From an uncultured Prevotellaceae bacterium (GTDB lineage: Bacteria; Bacteroidota; Bacteroidia; Bacteroidales; Bacteroidaceae): a stretch of DNA of 64,000 nt. Under the pieces are notes generated by a model. The model did not search any database. It was not told where the DNA came from and saw nothing but the letters and a program-made list of their open reading frames with translations. The stretch covers positions 4,164 to 68,163 of the forward strand of contig ONFA01000008.1 of the NCBI GenBank assembly GCA_900316975.1. The letters run 5' to 3'. Numbering within the stretch: position 1 is the stretch's first letter; each line of letters starts with the position of its first letter. The translations under genes were made by a program, and so were the position numbers. Shown here piece after piece: positions 40,531-48,105 of this stretch.

Positions 40531-41541
40531 ATGTCACCATCCAACCAACAAGCGAGTGTAAGATTAACGGGAGTGAGTGCCCTACTCCATTTCCTCGTCG
40601 ATGGACTCTGCATCTGTTGTTTGTACCTCGCAACGGTAGGCAAAATGGACATCGTAACGACTTACGTGACCTACAATGTGTTGGCATTCCTGACACAACC
40701 CCTCACCGGGTGGTGGGCTGACTGGATGAGGCAGAGACATTGGATGTTGCTCGGTTCGGTGCTGTTACTGACGTTGGGTGTGGCAGCATGTCAACTGTCA
40801 ACCATCAACGAACAGTTCATCATGCCTACCGCAGTTTTGCTGGGTATCGGCAATTCGCTCTTTCACGTATGGGGCGGCAAGCAAGTGGCAGTCAACACAG
40901 GAAACGACATCCGCGCATTGGGGGTGTTCGTCTCAACTGGTGCATTCGGACTTGCGATCGGAGGGGTATTGGCATCGTGGTCCCTGTTGTATGTGTTTCT
41001 GCTGAGCATCTGTGTATTGGCGATACAGACCCTTCAGGCACAGACCCTCCCCTCACCCTCCCTACAGGGAGGGAGTAGTATCTCTATTAATGAAAAAACA
41101 AGTGAGCAAGGTAACCACCCCCTCCCTGTAGGGAGGGTGAGGGGAGGGTCTGTGGTGAGGGGAGGGTCTATTATCCTTCTCATCATGCTCGTCGTGGCAG
41201 GACGCTCTTTTACAGGTGAGGCATTCACGACGGGCATCACGAAAAATGCCATGCTCATCTTGTTGTTGGGAGCCACCTCGATGGCTGGAAAGATGGCTGG
41301 CGGATGGCTTGCCAAAAGCATGGGGATATGGAAAGCCTTGCTGCTGATGGTGGTGGGGACGATTCTCTGCTTCCTCGGCAAGGACCTGCACATCGCTGTG
41401 ATGCTCACGGGACTTTTCCTCATCAACTGCACCATGCCTGTCACCCTCTATTGGGCGAACACGCTGTTAAAAGGGTATGAGGGATTAGCGTTCGGACTGT
41501 TGGCGGCAGCATTGATACCAGGGTATCTGCTCGCCACATGA
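40531..41541 (+). CDS. Multi-pass membrane protein of unknown family carrying an in-frame palindromic insert
   Basis: ORF 40396..41541 trimmed to the ATG 20 nt downstream of the -7 box. About 9-10 TM helices. Motifs LHFLVDGLC and GNSLFHVWGG. The central loop is encoded by the 41041-41168 repeat. Confidence 0.7.
   Translation: MSPSNQQASVRLTGVSALLHFLVDGLCICCLYLATVGKMDIVTTYVTYNVLAFLTQPLTGWWADWMRQRHWMLLGSVLLLTLGVAACQLSTINEQFIMPTAVLLGIGNSLFHVWGGKQVAVNTGNDIRALGVFVSTGAFGLAIGGVLASWSLLYVFLLSICVLAIQTLQAQTLPSPSLQGGSSISINEKTSEQGNHPLPVGRVRGGSVVRGGSIILLIMLVVAGRSFTGEAFTTGITKNAMLILLLGATSMAGKMAGGWLAKSMGIWKALLLMVVGTILCFLGKDLHIAVMLTGLFLINCTMPVTLYWANTLLKGYEGLAFGLLAAALIPGYLLAT
41041..41168. repeat. Perfect 33-bp inverted repeat (46-bp spacer) plus partial direct duplication, inside a CDS
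   Basis: CAGACCCTCCCCTCACCCTCCCTACAGGGAGGG at 41041-41073 is the exact reverse complement of 41120-41152. GTGAGGGGAGGGTCT is repeated at 41137-41151 and 41154-41168. The G4 motif GGGAGGGTGAGGGGAGGG is at 41131-41148. Confidence 0.9.
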
Positions 41542-41563
41542 TAACAAGAAATAAGACGGTAAC

Positions 41564-41956
41564 ATGTTCCACCTCTTAGACATCGCCCACCCCTTGTCGT
41601 TTCCTTTGGAGGATGACTACGAACTGATGGTGCAACTGCTCACTGCACTCATTCCCACCATCCTCATCGAGTTGGGAGTGTTGTGGCTGTTGAAGGAACA
41701 GCGCAAGAAGGTGCTGCTATCGTCCATTGCCGTCAACGTGCTGACCAACGTGCCGCTGAACCTGTATGTGCTGCTGGTCAACGACAGCATGGGAGACATC
41801 CTCATTGGCGAGGTAGCGGTTTTCCTTGTCGAAGCCGTATGGTACTGGTGCTTCACGCATCGCGTCAAGCAAGCCGTTATTTACAGTTTCTTGTGCAATG
41901 CCATCAGTTTCCTCATCGGATTGCTCCTGCAACTCCTATACCAATTCTTCATGTAA
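41564..41956 (+). CDS. Small multi-pass membrane protein (130 aa)
   Basis: Starts 23 nt after the upstream stop. 3-4 TM helices. N-terminus MFHLLDIAHP. Confidence 0.55.
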   Translation: MFHLLDIAHPLSFPLEDDYELMVQLLTALIPTILIELGVLWLLKEQRKKVLLSSIAVNVLTNVPLNLYVLLVNDSMGDILIGEVAVFLVEAVWYWCFTHRVKQAVIYSFLCNAISFLIGLLLQLLYQFFM

Positions 41957-41966
41957 AACAACGTGA

Positions 41967-42145
41967 GTTCGGTATAAGAATAACGCCTTCGGCGGCTTGA
42001 AAAAAATAAGAAAAAACAAAAGAAAATAAGAAAAAAATAGAGAAAGTGAAATGCTTTTTTTCTTGTATTTTTTATTTTTTCTTGTTTTTCTAAAGCCCGC
42101 AAAGCGGTAAAAAGAACTCCGAAGTTAAGTTCTCTTATACCGAAC
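41967..42145. repeat. Palindromic A/T-rich intergenic element
   Basis: The outer 13-bp inverted repeat is GTTCGGTATAAGA (41967-41979) and TCTTATACCGAAC (42133-42145). The inner part has mirrored A-rich and T-rich halves (gaaaaaaataagaaaaaacaa / ttgtattttttattttttc) and small hairpins gccttcggc and ccgcaaagcgg. Confidence 0.7.
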
Positions 42146-42188
42146 AGGCGTTAAAATAGTATTACTCATTATTTAAATAGTATTGCTT

Positions 42189-42533
42189 ATGCTCAATCTT
42201 TTAGACATTGCCTATCCAGGCAGACCCTATCGGCCACGCATCATCATTGACCATCCTATTGATACGGTCAAGGCACCTCAGCCCGTAACCGATACGGTGG
42301 AGGCTCCCAAGAATGTGCTCGACACACTGACCGCGCCCCTCGATTCTCTCGGATGCAAGGAGGCTGTGGAAGACACATTGCGCTCTGCCATCAACTTCTT
42401 CAACGATTTGGGGACCAGCGACGGCTCCTCCACCCTGTTGTGGACCAGTCTTGTCGTGCTTGCCGCCTTGTCGCTATGCGGCTACTTTGTATGGATGTAT
42501 CGTCAGCATCTGCTGAAGAGTAGTGCGAACTGA
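42189..42533 (+). CDS. Hypothetical protein with C-terminal TM anchor
   Basis: ATG at 42189 (the ORF track begins at the TTG at 42183). The N-terminus MLNLLDIAYP mirrors that of the 41564 gene. TM segment LLWTSLVVLAALSLCGYFVWM. Confidence 0.45.
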   Translation: MLNLLDIAYPGRPYRPRIIIDHPIDTVKAPQPVTDTVEAPKNVLDTLTAPLDSLGCKEAVEDTLRSAINFFNDLGTSDGSSTLLWTSLVVLAALSLCGYFVWMYRQHLLKSSAN

Positions 42534-42542
42534 TACCCCCAA

Positions 42543-42572
42543 AATCGGTCATTAAAATATTTATGACCGATT
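42543..42572. terminator. Hairpin between convergent genes
   Basis: A 10-bp stem AATCGGTCAT / ATGACCGATT with loop taaaatattt. No strong T-run. Confidence 0.45.
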
Positions 42573-42604
42573 CAGGATAAAACTGAAATGAAAAAGAGAC
42601 CGAC

Positions 42605-43432
42605 TCACCGAGCCAGTTTCTTTTTCATTTTCTTCATTTCTTTCAACGATGCCTTGCCTGCCTTTTCACCCATGGCAATCATCTCCGCTATTTTCTTTGG
42701 CGAGAAATCCTCTGGCCCATATCCTTTCAGTCGTGGATTGATATAGATGTCAGCATCTTCGCAATTCTGTTGGTATTTCTTTGCGTCAAGCCGCAACGAC
42801 GACGAGGATTTGTTCACTGTCAAATCCACCGCTATCACAAAGTCTGCCCCCATGTCTCTCGCCACATCCACAGGCAAATTGTTCAGCACACCGCCATCCA
42901 CAAGCCGCATGCCGTTCATCTTCACAGGCTTGAACACCAACGGAATCGCCATGCTGGCACGCATCGCTTGAGCCAGATCACCTTCACGCAACACCACCTC
43001 CCGCATCTTATTTATATCCACCGCCACACAACGGAAAGGGATGGGCAGGTCGTCAAAATTGACCGACCCTCTATCGCCCGTCATCTGCCGCAACGGACGC
43101 ACGATGCTGTCACCCATCAGCGAACCGGCAAACATATCTGTCCACTGTTGGGAACGAAACATCGAATCCAACTGCTCACTGCGATACCCTAAAGCATAGA
43201 GTCCACCCACAATGGAACCAATGCTCGTGCCCACCACCATGTCAATTGGCACACCAGACTCCTCCACATATTTCAGCACACCCACCGTGGCAGCACCTTT
43301 TGCACCACCACCACCAAGCACCAACGCCACTTTGGGACAAACTTTCTTTCCATCTGTAGAAAAGGACGCATCCTGTGCCTTCACTGCCACACATACAAGC
43401 AGCAACAGAATGAAACACAGTCTCTTCTTCAT
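42605..43432 (-). CDS. Patatin-like phospholipase with signal peptide
   Basis: Signal peptide MKKRLCFILLLLVCVAVKAQ. Oxyanion motif GGGGAKG. Nucleophile elbow GTSIG. DGG-type Asp motif (LVDGGVLNNLP). Confidence 0.85.
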   Translation of the reverse strand: MKKRLCFILLLLVCVAVKAQDASFSTDGKKVCPKVALVLGGGGAKGAATVGVLKYVEESGVPIDMVVGTSIGSIVGGLYALGYRSEQLDSMFRSQQWTDMFAGSLMGDSIVRPLRQMTGDRGSVNFDDLPIPFRCVAVDINKMREVVLREGDLAQAMRASMAIPLVFKPVKMNGMRLVDGGVLNNLPVDVARDMGADFVIAVDLTVNKSSSSLRLDAKKYQQNCEDADIYINPRLKGYGPEDFSPKKIAEMIAMGEKAGKASLKEMKKMKKKLAR

Positions 43433-43449
43433 ATTTCCATTTTTGTTTG

Positions 43450-43508
43450 CAAAGATAAGAAAAAGTTTAGAGTTTAAGGATGAGAGTTAAGAGTTTTTTG
43501 TATCTTTG
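43450..43508. promoter_or_regulatory. Short bidirectional promoter cassette
   Basis: caaagata ... TATCTTTG flank four heptads (gtttaga gtttaag gatgaga gttaaga), between divergent patatin genes. Confidence 0.65.
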
Positions 43509-43539
43509 CACATCAAAACACAAAAAACGACTGAAACAC

Positions 43540-44388
43540 ATGAAACGAGGATTAGTTCTGGAAGGTGGGGGCATGCGCGGACTCTTCTCCGAAGGATTCA
43601 TCGATGTGATGCAAGAGGAAGGCATCACCGTCGATGGCATGATTGGCGTGTCGGCAGGTGCCCTGTTCGGCTGTAACTTCAAGTCACACCAAGTAGGACG
43701 CGGGCTCCGCTACAACACACGTTTCAAAGATGACCCTCGCTACATGGGATGGCGTTCTTTTCTCACAACGGGCAACTTCGTCAATGCCCAATTTGCCTAC
43801 CACACCATGCCGATGGAACTGGACGTGTTCGACATCCCCACATTTGAAGCAGACCCTACAGCGTTCTATCTGGTGTGTACCGATATTGAAGCCGGAAAGC
43901 CTGTCTATCAACAGATTGACCATGTAGAAGACAGCACCCTCGAGTGGTTTCGTGCCACAGGTTCCATGCCCATCGTATCCAAACCCGTTGAGATTGACGG
44001 CATGAAACTCTTGGACGGAGGGCTTATTGACTGTATTCCTCTCCAACATTTCCAAGAGATTGGCTACGAGCGCAACATCGTCATCCTTACCAGACCCAAA
44101 GGTTACCAGAAGACACCCAACAAATTCACATGGCTCTTCAAGATGTGGTACCCCAACTACCCCCAAGTGGCTGCCTGCATGAGACAGAGGCACGAGATGT
44201 ACAATGCCGAACTGCAATACATTGAGGAGCAGGAACGGGCTGGAAACATTCTGGCGATTTACCCTGACCATCCATTAGAAATAGGGCGCACAGAACTCAA
44301 CGAAGAGAAACTGCACGCCATCTATCAACATGGGCAGGAGAAAGCCCATGCCATGTTGGAGGAAGTGAAACGATTCTTAGCCGTCTGA
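43540..44388 (+). CDS. Patatin-like phospholipase (cytoplasmic type)
   Basis: LVLEGGGMRGLFSEG, GVSAGALFG and LLDGGLIDCIPL. ORF trimmed to the ATG downstream of the -7 box. Confidence 0.85.
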   Translation: MKRGLVLEGGGMRGLFSEGFIDVMQEEGITVDGMIGVSAGALFGCNFKSHQVGRGLRYNTRFKDDPRYMGWRSFLTTGNFVNAQFAYHTMPMELDVFDIPTFEADPTAFYLVCTDIEAGKPVYQQIDHVEDSTLEWFRATGSMPIVSKPVEIDGMKLLDGGLIDCIPLQHFQEIGYERNIVILTRPKGYQKTPNKFTWLFKMWYPNYPQVAACMRQRHEMYNAELQYIEEQERAGNILAIYPDHPLEIGRTELNEEKLHAIYQHGQEKAHAMLEEVKRFLAV

Positions 44389-44394
44389 ACCGTT

Positions 44395-45507
44395 TTACTC
44401 ACCAAATATTTCTTTCAGTTTTTTGCCCAAGGCGTCACCTCGCAGGTCACGTGCCACAATCTTTCCTTCAGGATTGACTAACAGGCTTGCTGGGATGGCA
44501 TCGATGTGATACACTTTGGCAGCGGCTGTCTCCCAACCTTTCAAGTCAGCAAGGTGTACCCAAGGCATCTTGAGGTCCTGAATCGCCTTGACCCACGCAT
44601 CCTTGCTTTGATCGAAAGAAAGCCCAACGATGTTGAAACCCTTGGCATGATATTTCTCGTAATTTGCCACCACATTGGGCATCTCGGCACGGCAAGGACC
44701 ACACCATGAAGCCCAGAAGTCGATGAGCACCCACTTACCTTTGCCCACATACTCGCTAAGTTTGTGCAGGTTACCGTCGGTATCAGCCTCCTCGAGGTCG
44801 ATGAAAGGCTGTCCAATCACCTTCTTCTTTGCCTCTTCTTGCGCCAGACGATACTTGATTTCATCTACGGCTGGATGACTGGCGTATGGTGGATTGGCGT
44901 CCAGCATCTCCTTGAAGCCTTCCATCCCATAGAAAGCCAGAAGATTATCAACAAAAGCAGCAGGAACCAACGTCTTCGCGTTCTCTTTCAGCATCTGGTC
45001 CATCAGTTCCTTATCCTTGTTGATCAGCCGGTCCAGTTCGGGTTTCACCTCCGCACCCTTCTTTTCCGCATTACTCTCCCGCTCTTCTTCTGGAACGGAC
45101 GTATCATAATAGGCATCCAATACTTCTGAACGCAAGGCACTCACCTGCATCATCAAAGAGTCATTCTGACGGTCATAATAGTTTAGACTCTGGTTTTGGG
45201 CAGAGCCTTTCAGCACGTTGGTGTTAAGGTCAATGGTGGCAGGTGTACCATCATTGAACATGATAACGAAACGGGGGGCTTCATCCACTCTCACATAAAG
45301 AAGGGCGTCCTTGGCGTAAGAGCCTTCGAGGGAGAACTTACCGCCACTTACAGCAGCACTGTCCAGCACCTCACGTGAATCACGGTTTCCCACATATACC
45401 ATCTTGCTACCTGCAGGGGCTGTACCCTTAATACTGTACTTTGTCTGTTGTGCCATGACTGGCAGCGTAGCCACTGCAAGGGCTACCATTGCTAAAACTT
45501 TTTTCAT
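44395..45507 (-). CDS. TlpA-family thiol:disulfide oxidoreductase (DUF4369-like N-domain + thioredoxin fold)
   Basis: Signal peptide MKKVLAMVALAVATLPVMAQ. Active site DFWASWCGPCRAEMP. An alternative upstream ATG is at 45528. Confidence 0.85.
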   Translation of the reverse strand: MKKVLAMVALAVATLPVMAQQTKYSIKGTAPAGSKMVYVGNRDSREVLDSAAVSGGKFSLEGSYAKDALLYVRVDEAPRFVIMFNDGTPATIDLNTNVLKGSAQNQSLNYYDRQNDSLMMQVSALRSEVLDAYYDTSVPEEERESNAEKKGAEVKPELDRLINKDKELMDQMLKENAKTLVPAAFVDNLLAFYGMEGFKEMLDANPPYASHPAVDEIKYRLAQEEAKKKVIGQPFIDLEEADTDGNLHKLSEYVGKGKWVLIDFWASWCGPCRAEMPNVVANYEKYHAKGFNIVGLSFDQSKDAWVKAIQDLKMPWVHLADLKGWETAAAKVYHIDAIPASLLVNPEGKIVARDLRGDALGKKLKEIFGE

Positions 45508-45553
45508 TTCTATAATTATTGTATTCATATAAGTTTCATTTTATAGAACGATA

Positions 45554-45722
45554 GAAGTTAAAGGAGTTAGAGGAGTTATCGCTCCGCTCAGAAGTTAAAG
45601 GCCGATACTCTAAAAAATGAAAGAATGAAGGAATGAAAAGTTGCCCTCAACTCTCAACTGTCAACTCTTAACTCTAAACTGTCAACTCTCAACTCTAAAC
45701 TGTCAACTCTCAACTCTTAACT
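45554..45722 (-). repeat. Dispersed intergenic repeat family A, copy 3, fused to an 11-unit heptad array
   Basis: Same core as copy 2. It is followed by caactct caactgt caactct taactct aaactgt ... from 45648, and the array runs into the stop codon at 45723-45725. Confidence 0.85.
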
Positions 45723-46145
45723 CTAAACCCTCATCCCTTTCAAGAACTTTCCAAACTCCTCCATCACACACTGTGTGGCAATCTCCACATTCTTCACCCT
45801 GCCGAAGTCCTCACGCAAACACATCGAATGCACATCACCTTCACTACCCCATGCCACCCAAATCTCCACTTCATGTCCCTCCCATGCTTCCGCATAACCT
45901 GTGGAAGCCAATGCATAGTCGGTATGGAACAATCGGCATGCCCCCTTCACCATCTCTTCCGCCACCTGACGCGACACCACACCATACCTCTCAATCATTT
46001 CTGCCGGCACACCCAACATTTGTTCCTTCACCTCATTCTGATATGCCACCAATCCACCCACAAAGTAACGACTCGCACCACTTCGAGCCGTGATGGCAGA
46101 CGCAATGCGACCACCCGTACACGATTCCGCTGTCGAAACTGTCAT
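45723..46145 (-). CDS. CinA-family C-terminal domain protein (PncC-like nicotinamide-nucleotide amidase)
   Basis: MTVSTAESCTGGRIASAITARSGASRYFVGGLVAYQNEVKEQMLGV is the canonical CinA/PncC block. ORF trimmed to the ATG at 46145 outside the promoter cassette. Confidence 0.85.
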   Translation of the reverse strand: MTVSTAESCTGGRIASAITARSGASRYFVGGLVAYQNEVKEQMLGVPAEMIERYGVVSRQVAEEMVKGACRLFHTDYALASTGYAEAWEGHEVEIWVAWGSEGDVHSMCLREDFGRVKNVEIATQCVMEEFGKFLKGMRV

Positions 46146-46175
46146 AAAACTTCTTCCTTTTGATGATTTGCGATG

Positions 46176-46316
46176 CAAAGGTAGGAAATAAAGTGAAAAG
46201 TGGAAAGTGAAAAGTGAAAAATCTATATTAGTAGCCATTCGGACTGTTCCTCATAACAAAGTAACTTAGATTTTTCACTTTTCACTTTCCACTTTTCACT
46301 TTATTTCCTACCTTTG
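46176..46316. promoter_or_regulatory. Perfectly palindromic bidirectional promoter cassette (50-bp arms)
   Basis: 46176-46225 (caaaggtaggaaataaagtgaaaagtggaaagtgaaaagtgaaaaatcta) is the exact reverse complement of 46267-46316. Each arm ends in a TACCTTTG -7 box facing outward. The spacer is 41 bp. Confidence 0.85.
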
Positions 46317-46347
46317 CAAAAACTTCAATCTTTCAAATCTCATCAAC

Positions 46348-48024
46348 ATGAGCACCTCTATCAAAACCCTTATTGCAGTCACTTGTTGCACAGCATTGGC
46401 AACATCCTGCACCAACAAAACCACAGAAATGGCACAACAAGAACTCACGACCGTAGGTAACCCCTTCATGCCCCTTTGGGAACACATCCCTGACGGTGAA
46501 CCTTACGTGTTTGAAGACCCTGACCAGCCAGGGAAATATCGCGTGTATGTGTATGGCTCACACGATGACCTCATCAGTGAATACTGCGGACGCGACCAAG
46601 TCGTATGGTCCGCCTCTGTCGATAGCCTCAACAACTGGCGGTATGACGGTGTCATTCTGGTGGTAGATAAGAATGCCAACGGAGAACCTTTTGACTCGAA
46701 AAGCACTGCAGATGTGCTCTATGCGCCTGACGTGACGTTGGTAACTAACAGCACGGGCAAGAAAACCTACTACTTGTTCCCCAACGACCAGACGGGCATC
46801 CGCAATGGATTGATAGCCAAGAGCGACCGTCCCGATGGTCCTTTTGAGGTGTGCAACTGGAGCAAGGACGATCCCAACCAGGTGGATGGCGTGCTGCAGT
46901 TTGACCCTGCCGTGTTTGTCGATGATGACGGCAGAGTGTATGGTTATTGGGGCTTCGAGCGTTCCTATGCCGCCGAGTTTGACCCCGAGACCATGGCAAC
47001 GGTGAAGCCTGGCACCCAGATTGTCGAGGACATGATTTCTGGTAGAAACCAAGAGGGGATATTCAGTTTCTTCGAAGCCTCCTCCATCCGCAAGATCAAA
47101 GACAAGTACGTCTTCATCTATAGTCGTTTCACCAAGGACGGTGAATTCGGACTGCCCATTTCCAATTACACCTTGGCATATTGTTACAGCGACAACCCGT
47201 TAGGTCCTTGGACGTATGGTGGCACCATCATTGATGGACGTGGTCGTGAAAAGGATGAGCAGGGCAATGTCATCGCCTCTGCCACCCCTGACGGCAACAC
47301 CCACGGTTCCATCTGTGAAATCAACGGACAATGGTATGTCTTCTACCACCGTCAGACAGGCACTGACGAATATGCCCGCCAAGCCATGGTGGCACCTATT
47401 GAAGTGAAAGTGGAAGAAGGCAAAGGTGGCAAGGTGGAGATTTCTGAAGGTGAATACACCTCAGAAGGCTTTGCCCTTGATGGTCTCAACCCGTTGGAAC
47501 GACACTCTGCTGGCATCGCCTGTTGGTACACAGGACCGAAGCCTGCCCTCCACGAATGGCCCAACAACACCTTCTTTGGCTCGTATGTGGCAGCCAGTTA
47601 TGGTGGCGAGGCAGGCATGACCAAGGAGGAGGCATTGGCTTCAACGAAAAAGTATGACACACCCTATGACTTGCGTTACAACACCAATGATGTGGTGAAC
47701 AACACCGACGGCAGCATCGTGGGCTACAAATACTTCAACTTCAATGCCACAAAAGGACGTAATGATGTAAAACTCCTGCTGAATGCCACGCCATTGGGCG
47801 TGGATGGCACCATCGAAATCCGTGCAGACCGTCCTTGGACTTCGCAAGGAATGCTGTTGGGCACCATTGAACTGCGTGCAGACATGCCACAGCAACCCAC
47901 TGAACTGAGCGTTGTCCTTCCTGACATCGGCAAATTGGAGCATAAACATGCCATCTTCTTCACTTTCAAGTCTGACACGAAGGAGAAATCGCTCTGCACC
48001 TTGCACAACTTCGTCTTTGAATGA
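46348..48024 (+). CDS. GH43-like glycoside hydrolase (lipoprotein-type signal)
   Basis: GNPFMPLWEHIPDGEPYVFEDPDQPGKYRVYVYGSHD and the five-bladed-propeller-like repeats are typical of a GH43 subgroup. Signal peptide with Cys (LATSC). Confidence 0.65.
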   Translation: MSTSIKTLIAVTCCTALATSCTNKTTEMAQQELTTVGNPFMPLWEHIPDGEPYVFEDPDQPGKYRVYVYGSHDDLISEYCGRDQVVWSASVDSLNNWRYDGVILVVDKNANGEPFDSKSTADVLYAPDVTLVTNSTGKKTYYLFPNDQTGIRNGLIAKSDRPDGPFEVCNWSKDDPNQVDGVLQFDPAVFVDDDGRVYGYWGFERSYAAEFDPETMATVKPGTQIVEDMISGRNQEGIFSFFEASSIRKIKDKYVFIYSRFTKDGEFGLPISNYTLAYCYSDNPLGPWTYGGTIIDGRGREKDEQGNVIASATPDGNTHGSICEINGQWYVFYHRQTGTDEYARQAMVAPIEVKVEEGKGGKVEISEGEYTSEGFALDGLNPLERHSAGIACWYTGPKPALHEWPNNTFFGSYVAASYGGEAGMTKEEALASTKKYDTPYDLRYNTNDVVNNTDGSIVGYKYFNFNATKGRNDVKLLLNATPLGVDGTIEIRADRPWTSQGMLLGTIELRADMPQQPTELSVVLPDIGKLEHKHAIFFTFKSDTKEKSLCTLHNFVFE

Positions 48025-48036
48025 TAGTTGAACTCA

Positions 48037-48086
48037 CACAAAAGAAGGGGATGCACGTCTTTCGATGTGCATCCCCTTCTTTTGTG
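48037..48086. terminator. Strong bidirectional terminator hairpin
   Basis: A 20-bp perfect stem CACAAAAGAAGGGGATGCAC / GTGCATCCCCTTCTTTTGTG with a 10-nt loop, between convergent genes. Confidence 0.85.
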
Positions 48087-48105
48087 ATGATTGCAAAACC
48101 TTTCC

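Noticed and set aside
45641-46093. 150-aa Pro/Ser-rich ORF on the plus strand
   Set aside because: It begins inside the heptad array (translated as LNCQLSTLNCQLS) and is antisense to the CinA-like CDS, which has a canonical motif block.
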